Below, piece after piece: positions 8,703 through 16,833 of a DNA stretch of 33,900 nt. This DNA is from Sandaracinaceae bacterium (lineage in GTDB: Bacteria > Myxococcota_A > Polyangia > Polyangiales > Sandaracinaceae), in NCBI GenBank assembly GCA_044220955.1, contig JBGAQA010000076.1, forward strand, positions 1 to 33,900, written 5' to 3'. The translations under genes and the position numbers were made by a program. How positions within the stretch are numbered: position 1 is the first letter of the stretch; every line of letters starts with the position of its first letter. Below the pieces are notes generated by a model. That model had not been told where the DNA came from, made no database searches, and was given only the letters and a program-made list of their open reading frames with translations.

Positions 8703-9635
8703 GTGCCGCGTCCGTTCCGGGATCACCGCTTCCTCTTCGTCGTGGGAAAGGGAGGCGTGGGGAAGACCACGGTGGGCGCCGCGATCGCCGTCGCCGCCGC
8801 GAAGAAGGGCAAGCGCGTGCTCTTCGCGATGTGCAACGCGAAGGAGCGCCTCTCGTATCTGCTCGAGGTGCCGCCGATCGGGCAGGAGAACATCCGCACG
8901 ATCCCGAACCTCGACGCGGTGAACATGACGCCGGCGGCGGCCCTCTCCGAGTACGGGCTGATGGTCCTGCGCTCGCGGACGCTCTACCGCGCGGTCTTCG
9001 AGAACGACATCGTCGGGGGTCTCTTGCGCGGGACGCCCGGGATGGAGGCCTGGTCGATGCTCGGCAAGGCGTTCTTCCACACGAAGGAGACGCGCGAGGA
9101 CGGCTCGCCGCGCTACGATCTGGTGATCGTCGATGCGCCGGCGACGGGCCACGGGCTCGAGATGCTGCGCGTTCCGCGCGTCATCACCGACGTGGCGCCG
9201 CCGGGGCTCTTGCGCCGGGAGGCAGAGAGCGCGGTCGAGCTCTTCCGCGATCCGCTGCGCTCCGGCGTGGTGATCGTGACGCTCGCCGAGGACATGCCCG
9301 TGAACGAGTCGCTCGAGCTGCACGCGGCCGTGACCAAGGAGCTGCACCTGCCGGTGGCCGGGCTGGTGGTGAATCAGGTGCTGCCGCGCCTCTTCTCGCC
9401 GAGGGAGCGCGACGAGGTGTTCGCCCTCGCTGGCAAGGCCCCGGCGGGCACGCCGCTCCACGGCCTCGCGCTTGCCGGCCGGACGCGCGCGGCGCGCGAG
9501 ACGATCCAGGAGCAGAGCCTCGCTCGCCTGACGAGCGCGCTGCCGAACGTGCCGCGCACCGCGCTCCCGATGCTGTTCACGCCGGAGTTCCGCCGCGCGC
9601 AGATCGACGCGCTCTCGGAGCCCTTCGCCGCATGA
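8703..9635 (+). CDS. ArsA/GET3-related single-domain P-loop ATPase
   Basis: Deviant Walker A GKGGVGKTT, YDLVIVDAPATGHG (switch II), TLAEDMPVNE, VVNQV. Confidence 0.88.
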   Translation: MPRPFRDHRFLFVVGKGGVGKTTVGAAIAVAAAKKGKRVLFAMCNAKERLSYLLEVPPIGQENIRTIPNLDAVNMTPAAALSEYGLMVLRSRTLYRAVFENDIVGGLLRGTPGMEAWSMLGKAFFHTKETREDGSPRYDLVIVDAPATGHGLEMLRVPRVITDVAPPGLLRREAESAVELFRDPLRSGVVIVTLAEDMPVNESLELHAAVTKELHLPVAGLVVNQVLPRLFSPRERDEVFALAGKAPAGTPLHGLALAGRTRAARETIQEQSLARLTSALPNVPRTALPMLFTPEFRRAQIDALSEPFAA

Positions 9636-10192
9636 GCACGCCGCGACTGCCGAGGCGGGGCAAGCGGGGCGGCGACGGCGGCGCGCCGCCTGCGCACCCG
9701 CTCGAGCGCGCCATCGAGCAGCTCTACACCGCGGGCGCGACGCCGCGCCTGGTGATGGACGCGCGCCGCGTGGACGTGGTCGTGCCGGACTTCGTGCGGG
9801 CCCGGTGGGGCGCGCAGCTCGTGATCGATCTCGACGCGAGCTACCCGCTCGACCTCGCGTACGACGCGGACGGCGTGCACGCGAGCCTGGCGTTCTCGGG
9901 CGTCGTCACGCGCTGTACGTTCGGCTGGGCCTCGATCTATCGCGTGATCGATCGCGCGAGCGGCCGCGGCATCGAGGTCCCCGCGCACCAGCCGCCCGCC
10001 GAGCTGCCGCCCGAGCTCGCGTACGTGATGGACGAGCCGAGGCCGGTGACCGAGGTCGTCGAGTCGAAGAAGCCCACGCTCGCGGCGGTGCCGGCCGCAG
10101 CGCCGAAGAAGGATCCGGCGCCGGCATCGACCACGAGCGACGAGGCCGCCAAGGCGCGCCGCGCGAAGTTCCGCGTCATCGACGGCGGGTGA
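9632..10192 (+). CDS. sspB: SspB-like ClpXP adaptor (stringent starvation protein B family), 186 aa
   Basis: ATGA overlap with the ATPase stop. DARRVDVVVP..DLAYDADGVHASLAFSG..CTFGWASIY core, disordered Pro/Ala tail and C-terminal FRVIDGG resembling a ClpX-binding tail. Confidence 0.7.
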   Translation: MSTPRLPRRGKRGGDGGAPPAHPLERAIEQLYTAGATPRLVMDARRVDVVVPDFVRARWGAQLVIDLDASYPLDLAYDADGVHASLAFSGVVTRCTFGWASIYRVIDRASGRGIEVPAHQPPAELPPELAYVMDEPRPVTEVVESKKPTLAAVPAAAPKKDPAPASTTSDEAAKARRAKFRVIDGG

Positions 10193-10198
10193 GCCGAG

Positions 10199-10759
10199 CT
10201 ACCGAGCGGGAGCGTCGCCGAGCGTCCCATCCATCGCGGCCAGGCGACGCTCCGCCTCGGCGTAGAGGGCCACGAACGTCGCCGGGTCGTGCGCGACGCC
10301 TGCCGCCTCGGCGTGAGGTCGCAGCCACGCGATCGCATCCGTGAGCCGGTCGAACGACGCGATCGGCGCGCGTGGACGTGCCAGGAGCGTCACGGCCAGC
10401 GTCGCGGCGCGCATCGCGGCGGCGCGCACGCCGCCGAACTCGAGCACGTGGGCGCTCGCGATGATGGACCGGTCCAGGACGCGCAGGGTCTCCGAGAGCT
10501 CGCCGGTGTTGGAGTCGAACCCGACGCCGAGCGGGAAGCGCGGCGAGAGCCGGTACGCCGTGAGGCAGACCAGCCCCTTCGGGTGCTCCGCGAGGCCTCG
10601 CTCGAAGCCGGCGCGGAGCTCCGCGAGGACCGCCCCGTGGAGCGGTGCGCGCCGGATCCCCACGACCGTCCCCGCGCGCCCGAGCAGCACGCCCTCCGGT
10701 CGCTCCGAGAGCACGATCGTGCCGTCCGCGCTCAGAGGGGCCCCGACGATCTCGGACAT
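10199..10759 (-). CDS. hypothetical protein (possibly SpoIIAA/STAS-SEC14-like fold)
   Basis: 186-aa ORF with ordinary composition. C-terminal PIASFDRLTDAIAWL resembles the end of SpoIIAA-like domains. Confidence 0.55.
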   Translation of the reverse strand: MSEIVGAPLSADGTIVLSERPEGVLLGRAGTVVGIRRAPLHGAVLAELRAGFERGLAEHPKGLVCLTAYRLSPRFPLGVGFDSNTGELSETLRVLDRSIIASAHVLEFGGVRAAAMRAATLAVTLLARPRAPIASFDRLTDAIAWLRPHAEAAGVAHDPATFVALYAEAERRLAAMDGTLGDAPAR

Positions 10760-10807
10760 GGAGGTCCGCGAGAGTAGTCGTGCCCGGGCGACGCGTCACG
10801 CGGAGCG

Positions 10808-10844
10808 TTGACGCGCGCACACCACGACGCGCAGCCTGGATCTC
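10808..10844 (+). promoter_or_regulatory. putative sigma70-like leaderless promoter
   Basis: TTGACG (10808-10813), 18 nt, CAGCCT (10832-10837), 7 nt, GTG 10845. Same geometry as the promoter at 735-771. Confidence 0.4.
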
Positions 10845-11486
10845 GTGCAGACCACGCGGGCGTCGCTCGTGGTGCTCCTCGTCCTGCTCGCGTCCTGTGA
10901 CGCGAGCAGCGGCGTGTGCTCGACCAGCGCGGACTGCGGCGATGGCTTCGTGTGCAGCTTCGCTCTCTCGGGTCGGCCGACGTGCTCTTCGCAGGGTCGC
11001 TGCGTGGAGCTCTCACGCTGCTTCGGTCAGAGCGTCTATTTCCCGACGACCGCCGTCGATCCCGACACCTTCGGCTTCGGAATGTGCGGGTGCGATGGCC
11101 GAGCCGTGCAGGGCAACTGGTTGTGTCCCTCGGTCCCCATCGTCGCGTTCGGCCTGGCCACCTGCACGTGCACCGGCGCTCCGGTCGACGACCTCCACGC
11201 GGGTCCGCGCGGGACCGATGAGCCGTGCCAGGTGTCCGGGAGCTTGCAACCGGGCGGCTTCTCCCCGGCACGTTGCTGCGACTGCAGCCTGGCCGTCCCG
11301 CGCTCGAACGTCTGCGGCATGGCCTCGGGCGAGCGCCTGCCAGACGGGTGCTGCAACTGCTTCCGGGCCGCGTCTCCCGACCCGACCGGTCGCTGCGTCC
11401 CTCCCGGGGGTGTGTACCCGGCCGGTGCGCCCTGGTGCTGTCCGATCGACGCGGTCGATGCGGGCGCCGCTGCGGACGCCGGATGA
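10845..11486 (+). CDS. small Cys-rich lipoprotein
   Basis: Lipobox LLASC, very high Cys content, C-terminal DAGAAADAG. Confidence 0.65.
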   Translation: MQTTRASLVVLLVLLASCDASSGVCSTSADCGDGFVCSFALSGRPTCSSQGRCVELSRCFGQSVYFPTTAVDPDTFGFGMCGCDGRAVQGNWLCPSVPIVAFGLATCTCTGAPVDDLHAGPRGTDEPCQVSGSLQPGGFSPARCCDCSLAVPRSNVCGMASGERLPDGCCNCFRAASPDPTGRCVPPGGVYPAGAPWCCPIDAVDAGAAADAG

Positions 11487-12442
11487 TCCGCGCTGGACTC
11501 GCGATCGCTGGACTGGTCGCCCTCGTCGCGACGGCGGCGGAGGCGCAGACCGCCCCCGCAGCCGCGCCCCGGGCCGTGACCATGCCCGCGTACGGTCGTG
11601 TTCGGGTGTCGGTGGGCTGGGACGGCGTGTTGCACACGGGCAGCGACACCGTGGTCGCGATCTCTGCGGGCTTCGGGCCGACCGCCTACCCGCTGACGTT
11701 CGTCTCGTGGTCCAACGTGCTGACAGGCAGCGTCGACACGGGCGATGCGCTCTTCCGGGCCGTCGTCCCGCAGACATACCTCGTCATCGACGGTCCGCCT
11801 GTCTCGCCCGTCGGTGGAGATCAGGCGGAGCTCGGCAACGTCGAGCTCGAGGGTCTCGCGAACGTCGACGTCGGGGCCGAGCATCGCTTGCTCGTCGGCG
11901 GTGGGGTTGCGCTCCCCACGGCGACCGATCAAGGGCGCGGGGCCCAGTTCCGCCTCGTGGCGTGGGAGACGAGCTTTCGTGACGCTCCGCTCTGGGTCGA
12001 CCAGGCGCTGACGGTGTGGCCCACTCTCGACTATCGGTTCGCGATCCCTTGGCTCTGGGTGAGCGCGCTCGTGACCGTCCCCGTGTTCTTCCCGCTCGCC
12101 GGCGACGGGGGCCCTCAGCCCCTGTCGCGCGGGCGCGTGGAGGTGATGGTCGAGGTCGATGCCGCCGCCGCGCTCCGGATCCTCGACACCGTGGACGTCG
12201 GCGTCGCCTTCCTCGCCTGGACCTTGCCGACGGGAGCCGACCGCGATCCCCGCTCGCCCCCGTGGATCGACCTCGCACAGACCGCGCTCACGCTCAGCGT
12301 GCGGAGCGATCCGCTGCTCGACGCGCCGGTCTTCGGTGGTGCCGAGATGATCTTCGACCTCGACGGACGCTGGGGCCCGACGGGCGCGCCCGGCAAGCTC
12401 TGGGGGCTGCACGCGTTCTTCGGCGGCCGACTCGACCTCTGA
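11483..12442 (+). CDS. secreted, probable outer-membrane beta-barrel protein (319 aa)
   Basis: ATGA overlap with the upstream stop. Signal peptide MIRAGLAIAGLVALVATAAEAQ, alternating hydrophobic strands, GNVELEG and GVALPTA segments, C-terminal WGLHAFFGGRLDL. Confidence 0.6.
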   Translation: MIRAGLAIAGLVALVATAAEAQTAPAAAPRAVTMPAYGRVRVSVGWDGVLHTGSDTVVAISAGFGPTAYPLTFVSWSNVLTGSVDTGDALFRAVVPQTYLVIDGPPVSPVGGDQAELGNVELEGLANVDVGAEHRLLVGGGVALPTATDQGRGAQFRLVAWETSFRDAPLWVDQALTVWPTLDYRFAIPWLWVSALVTVPVFFPLAGDGGPQPLSRGRVEVMVEVDAAAALRILDTVDVGVAFLAWTLPTGADRDPRSPPWIDLAQTALTLSVRSDPLLDAPVFGGAEMIFDLDGRWGPTGAPGKLWGLHAFFGGRLDL

Positions 12443-12497
12443 CGCAGCCCGCGTCGCCGGTCGCTCGAAGCGGATCCGGGGGACCTCGAGCCGCGTC

Positions 12498-12878
12498 TCA
12501 GACCTCGATCAGCGCGAGCGTCGGGTCGAGGCGCCGGAGATCCGCGGCGTCCGACGTGGCGATGACGTGACCGCGGGCTCGCGCGCAGAGGACGACCGAG
12601 GCGTCGATCACGTCGTCCGTGCGGCGGACGCCACACAGCTGCCCCGCCTCCCTCGCTGCGCGTGCGTCCAGCGGAACGAGCTCGACGGCCTGCGAGTCGG
12701 CGACCAGCCGGGCGAGCGCGACCTGGCGCGCTCCGTCGCGCCACACCTGACCGAGCGAGCCCGCCGGCAGTGCGAGCCGCGCCCTCTTCTCTCTCGCGCG
12801 CTTGATCAGGACAGCCATGCGCCGGTCGCCCTTCTCGAGGGCGATGAGCGCACCGGCGTCGAGCGTGAGCCCGCTCAT
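12498..12878 (-). CDS. PIN-domain (VapC-like) toxin, 126 aa
   Basis: Start ATG 12878 overlapping the antitoxin stop. LTLDAGALIA, DVIDASVV and IATSDAADL carry the conserved PIN acidic residues. Confidence 0.85.
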   Translation of the reverse strand: MSGLTLDAGALIALEKGDRRMAVLIKRAREKRARLALPAGSLGQVWRDGARQVALARLVADSQAVELVPLDARAAREAGQLCGVRRTDDVIDASVVLCARARGHVIATSDAADLRRLDPTLALIEV

Positions 12879-13123
12879 CGCCGAGGCTTCTCGCGGAGCC
12901 CGAGCGCGGCGTCGGCCCAGGCACGCTCCGCCCGCGTCATCGGCCCGCCGCTCGCCGCGAGCATCTCGTCCAGCATCGCGGCCAGCGCGTCGTTCTCTGC
13001 CTGGGCCGCGACCGCCTTCGCGACGTACGCGCTCACGGACGTCGCGCGGCCACGTCGAACCTGCTTTCGCGCGTGCGCGACGAGCGGCTCCGGGAGACTG
13101 ATCGCGATCTTGGCGACGGTCAT
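12875..13123 (-). CDS. ribbon-helix-helix antitoxin (VapB-like), 82 aa
   Basis: MTVAKIAISLPEPLV..VRRGRATSVSAYVAKAV fits an RHH pattern. Directly upstream of and ATGA-coupled to the PIN gene. Confidence 0.8.
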   Translation of the reverse strand: MTVAKIAISLPEPLVAHARKQVRRGRATSVSAYVAKAVAAQAENDALAAMLDEMLAASGGPMTRAERAWADAALGLREKPRR

Positions 13124-13141
13124 ACCGCGCAGGATACCGCG
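13121..13141 (-). promoter_or_regulatory. TA operon -10 box with overlapping direct-repeat operator
   Basis: Minus strand CGCGGTATCCTGCGCGGTATG: CGCGGTAT occurs twice, TATCCT lies 7 nt before the ATG. Confidence 0.55.
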
Positions 13142-13182
13142 TGGCAGCCCGCGTGGCCACGGCGCGGACGGCGACGGACGGC

Positions 13183-13905
13183 TCAGCCGACGACGCCGAG
13201 CGCGCCGCGGCAGTACGGGCAGATCGCGGGCTGGCCGGGCGCGAGCACGACGGAGACGGGCGCGCTGCAGCGCGGGCAGGTCCCCGCCCACTGCCGTCCT
13301 GCGTGGGTGACCGCGTTGCCGCTCAGGATCACGCCGGGCTCGAGGTCGAGGCGCGCGTGGATCAGGCCCCGCTCGACGGCGTCGAGCGCGATCGCCTGCG
13401 CCATCTCGTCGCTCGTGCCGAGCTGCTGGGCGAGGGTGGCAATCGGCAGCCGCGCGTGCGTGTCGCAGAGCGCCTGCACCCGCGTGAGGCGGCGGTTGCG
13501 CCAGAAGAGCCACCCGGTGAGCGCGTACAGCGCGAGGCTGGGCAAGATGCAGACGACGGTGTTGCCGAGGATGCCCTCGCCGAGGTGCCAGGCTGCGTCG
13601 GGCGAGATGTCGCTCGCGCTCACCATCGCCTGCATGGCGATGAAGAGAGCTCCCACCAGCACACCGAAGGTCGCGAGGATGCCGGTCAGGATCGGGCCGG
13701 TGTTGCTCACGCGCGTGCGCGGCGGAGGGAGCGCGGCGAGGCTCGCCAGCGTTCCCGGCGCCGAGACCGGCGGCAGCGGCACGAGCGGTGCGACCAGCGG
13801 CGTCGGGCCGGGGCGCGGAGGCGGGTGCGCGTAGGATCCCCGGCGCTGGGCGACCGCGGCGCGGACGCCGACACCGACGATGAGCCGCAGCAAGCCCAGG
13901 GCCAC
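13183..13905 (-). CDS. membrane protein with winged-helix/PCI-like segment and C-terminal zinc ribbon
   Basis: Likely GTG start at 13905 (TACCGT 6 nt upstream). Two TM helices, LPIATLAQQLG..AVERGLIHARLD, and CPRC..CPYC. Confidence 0.65.
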   Translation of the reverse strand: MALGLLRLIVGVGVRAAVAQRRGSYAHPPPRPGPTPLVAPLVPLPPVSAPGTLASLAALPPPRTRVSNTGPILTGILATFGVLVGALFIAMQAMVSASDISPDAAWHLGEGILGNTVVCILPSLALYALTGWLFWRNRRLTRVQALCDTHARLPIATLAQQLGTSDEMAQAIALDAVERGLIHARLDLEPGVILSGNAVTHAGRQWAGTCPRCSAPVSVVLAPGQPAICPYCRGALGVVG

Positions 13906-13964
13906 GGCCCGACGGTAGCACGCGCTCGATCCGTTCGAGGCGATCAGGCTATCCTGCCTCGGGG

Positions 13965-14363
13965 ATGAGGCGGCACTCGAGAGCACGTGGCGTGGCGCAG
14001 CGAGCGCGGGTGATCCCGGCGCTCCTGTTCGCGCTCGTGTGGCTGCTCGGCTACGAGGTCGTCCCCTTCGCGCACCAGGCGATGCACGCGCACCTCGGCG
14101 CGCACTCGCACGCGAGCGAGGCGCACTGCCACGGCACCTTCTGCCACGGAGACGACGAGGCGCAGCGCCACGGCCCGGCCTCGCCCGACGAGCACGGGCA
14201 GGGCAGCCTCGAGCACCGCGGGGTCGCCGCGCTCGCGCACGAGATCACGATCTTCGTGCCCGAGCTCATGCTCGCGGGAGAGCAGCCGCTCGACGCGGTG
14301 CACGTGGCACGCGTCTCGAGCTTCGAGCGCTGCTCGCCGCCGGCGCGCGGCCCTCCGGTCTGA
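13965..14363 (+). CDS. His-rich DUF2946/CruR-like leader protein with C-terminal RGPP arrest-type motif
   Basis: N-terminal hydrophobic helix, 14 His including HAHLGAHSHASEAHCHGTFCH, ends PPARGPPV*. Sits directly upstream of a TonB-dependent receptor. Confidence 0.75.
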   Translation: MRRHSRARGVAQRARVIPALLFALVWLLGYEVVPFAHQAMHAHLGAHSHASEAHCHGTFCHGDDEAQRHGPASPDEHGQGSLEHRGVAALAHEITIFVPELMLAGEQPLDAVHVARVSSFERCSPPARGPPV

Positions 14364-14391
14364 ATTAGGCGGCCTGCACCTCCGCGATCCT

Positions 14392-14518
14392 CCGGGATCC
14401 CGCTCGCGCAGCGCGCGGACGCCGCTCCGAAATCGGCTCCGCGCGTGAGGACGCGCGCGCTCGTCGCTGCCACCTCCCTCGGCAGCGTGGGCGCGCGGCC
14501 CGCGCACGGGGATCCCGG
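14392..14518 (+). promoter_or_regulatory. structured intergenic RNA between leader ORF and TonB receptor
   Basis: CCGGGATCCC (14392-14401) pairs with GGGATCCCGG (14509-14518), enclosing hairpins 14412-14445 and 14454-14497. Confidence 0.5.
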
Positions 14519-14562
14519 GGAGCGCGCCTCGTCTGGCGTCCGTCCCCGATCGGTTCCCCGCG

Positions 14563-16833
14563 TTGGAAGCAAGGCGTTGGCTCTTGGCGATGTGCATCGC
14601 GCTCGCGATGAGGGCCGAGGTGCGCGCGCAGAACCAGAACGGGAGCGAGAGCGGGAGCGAGAGCGAGAGCGACGGCGACCTCGACGACGACCTCGACGAC
14701 GACGACGACATCGTCTACTCCGCCACCGGCACGGTCGACGCGCGCATCCACGACGCGAGACCCGCCGCGGCGTCGGACTACCGGCTCTCCATCGAGCCTT
14801 TCCGCGCCGTCCCGCGCGCGTCGGCCGAGAGCCTCCTCTCGCTCGCTCCCGGCGTGTTCCTGGTCAACCACGCGGGCACCTATCACTCGAGCACGATCTA
14901 CACGCGCGGCTTCGACGCGGGCGAGGGACAGGACCTCGAGATGCTCGTCGATGGGATCCCCATCAACGAGGTCTCGAACGTCCACCAGCACGGCTACGCG
15001 GACTCGAACTTCCTGATCCCGGAGCTCGTCCTCGCCGTTCGCTTCACCCAGGGCCCCTACGCGCCCGCGCAGGGCGACTTCGCCGTCGCCGGCACCGCCG
15101 AGTACCTGCTCGGGCCCGCGCAGCGCGGCATCACGCTCCGCGGCCAGTACGGGATGTTCGATACGCGGCGCTTGATGCTCTCGTGGGCGCCGGTGCAGGC
15201 GCGGCAGGGCAGCTTCGTCGGGGTCGACCTGCGCGACTCCGCAGGCTACGGCGCGAACCGCTCGTCGGCGAGCGCCGCGCTGAACGGGCGGCTCGAGCTC
15301 GAGCTGAGCCACGACCTCTCGCTCCACGTCTTCGGCGCCGCGCAGCTCGCCCAGTTCGCGTCCGCGGGGGTCGTGCGCCAGGACAGCGTCGATCTGCGCC
15401 GGCTCTCGTGCGCGCCGAGCTTCGATCCGCAGTTCTTCTGCACCGAAGATCCGAGCCAGGGCGGCCAGAGCCAGCGCGCGCTGCTGTCCGCCGGGCTCAC
15501 CTGGCGCGGCAGCCACGCGCGCTTCGACGTCCTGCTCTACGGCGGCTACCGCTCGCTGCGCGTTCGCGAGAACTTCACCGGCATGTCGCGCGACATGCGC
15601 GGCGACGGGCAGGACGAGCAATACCAGGTCGCCACCGTCGGGCTCACGGCCCGCTATCGTTTCGAGGGCGAGATCCTCGGGCGCATGCAGCAGTTCGAGA
15701 TCGGCGTCTCCGCGCGCCACGACTCGGGCGTGACACGCCAGCTCCGCGTGCGCGCATTCACCGGTGTGCCCTACGCGGCGACGTTCGACGACGACATCCA
15801 CGTCACGCGCGTCGGGGCGCACCTCGGCGGGGACCTCTCGCTCGCCGACTGGCTCTCCCTGCACCTGGGCGCCCGCGCCGACGTGTTCGCGTTCGGCGTC
15901 GTCGATCACGCCTTCCCCGCGAGCGACGGGACGGGCGCGCGCTTGCCCGAGCAGGCGACCGACGCGTTCGGCGTCGTGCTGCAGCCGCGCGGCACGCTGC
16001 GCGTCCGTCTCGCGGAGCTCGCGCCCGCGAGCGAGCGCGGTGCATCGTCGTTCGAGTGGCAGACGAGCGCGGGCGTCGGCACGCGCAGCTCGGACGCGGC
16101 GCGCCTCTCCGAGGGCGAGCTCACGCCCTTCGCGCAGGTGATCTCGGCCGAGACCGGCCTCGTGCTCACCTCGCACGCCGATGCCGACCTCGACGTCGAC
16201 GCGCGCGCGGTGGGCTTCCACACGCACGTCGACCACGACCTCGTCTTCGATCCGGCCGCTGCGCGCAACGTCGATCAGGGAGCGACGAGCCGCCTGGGCG
16301 TCTCGGCGTACCTGAACGTGCGCGCGTGGCAGTGGCTCTCGGCCGCCGCGAGCTTCTCGTACACCGAGGCGTACCTCGACACGCCGGGCTACACCGACTT
16401 CGTCTCGAGCACGCGCCTGCCCTACGTGCCGCGCTGGGCCTCGCGCCTCGACGCCGCGGGCACGCGCTCGATCCAGATCGACGGTGAGTCGGTCGCGATC
16501 ACCATCGGCGCCGGCGTCGGCTGGCTCGGGGAGCGCCCGATCCCCCTCGGGCAGGTCGCGCCGCAGGTGCTGCTGCTCGACGCGCAGCTGGCCGTCGAGT
16601 GGCGCGGCGTCGAGCTCGCCGTGATCGGTCAGAACCTCACCGACGCGCGCTGGCAGTCGAGCGTGTTCAACCAGGTGTCCTGGTTCGACGCGTCGCTGCC
16701 CGAGAGCCGCACCCCGGAATTCACGTTCGCGGCGGGCCCTCCGCTCTCGATCACGGGCCGCCTCACCGTCCGCCTCGACGAGACGGCGATCTTCGCGGGC
16801 TCGCCCGCGCCTGCCACGGAGCCTGCTCGATGA
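14563..16833 (+). CDS. TonB-dependent outer-membrane receptor (MxcH-like plug family)
   Basis: Signal peptide and acidic N-terminal linker. Plug motif LLSLAPGV..IYTRGFDAGEGQDLEMLVDGIPINEVSNVHQHGYADSNFLIPELV..GPY..GDFAVAG. C-terminal QNLTDARW..GPPLSITGRLTVRL. Start is TTG 14563 or ATG 14590. Confidence 0.92.
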   Translation: MEARRWLLAMCIALAMRAEVRAQNQNGSESGSESESDGDLDDDLDDDDDIVYSATGTVDARIHDARPAAASDYRLSIEPFRAVPRASAESLLSLAPGVFLVNHAGTYHSSTIYTRGFDAGEGQDLEMLVDGIPINEVSNVHQHGYADSNFLIPELVLAVRFTQGPYAPAQGDFAVAGTAEYLLGPAQRGITLRGQYGMFDTRRLMLSWAPVQARQGSFVGVDLRDSAGYGANRSSASAALNGRLELELSHDLSLHVFGAAQLAQFASAGVVRQDSVDLRRLSCAPSFDPQFFCTEDPSQGGQSQRALLSAGLTWRGSHARFDVLLYGGYRSLRVRENFTGMSRDMRGDGQDEQYQVATVGLTARYRFEGEILGRMQQFEIGVSARHDSGVTRQLRVRAFTGVPYAATFDDDIHVTRVGAHLGGDLSLADWLSLHLGARADVFAFGVVDHAFPASDGTGARLPEQATDAFGVVLQPRGTLRVRLAELAPASERGASSFEWQTSAGVGTRSSDAARLSEGELTPFAQVISAETGLVLTSHADADLDVDARAVGFHTHVDHDLVFDPAAARNVDQGATSRLGVSAYLNVRAWQWLSAAASFSYTEAYLDTPGYTDFVSSTRLPYVPRWASRLDAAGTRSIQIDGESVAITIGAGVGWLGERPIPLGQVAPQVLLLDAQLAVEWRGVELAVIGQNLTDARWQSSVFNQVSWFDASLPESRTPEFTFAAGPPLSITGRLTVRLDETAIFAGSPAPATEPAR

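Noticed and set aside
8703..9635. Arsenic-resistance operon (arsA)
   Set aside because: Single-domain protein with no arsB/acr3, arsC, arsD or arsR nearby, so no gene symbol was assigned.
4642..13141. Prophage or integrative element suggested by lysozyme plus TA module
   Set aside because: No structural, integrase, holin or transposase genes and no att-like repeats were seen. The lysozyme has host-type sorting signals.
14641..14710. GSES/DDDL low-complexity repeats as a separate element
   Set aside because: An ordinary acidic linker after the receptor's signal peptide.
14563..16833. Naming the receptor mxcH (myxochelin uptake)
   Set aside because: The plug motif resembles that family, but no myxochelin biosynthesis genes are in the window and the context suggests another substrate.
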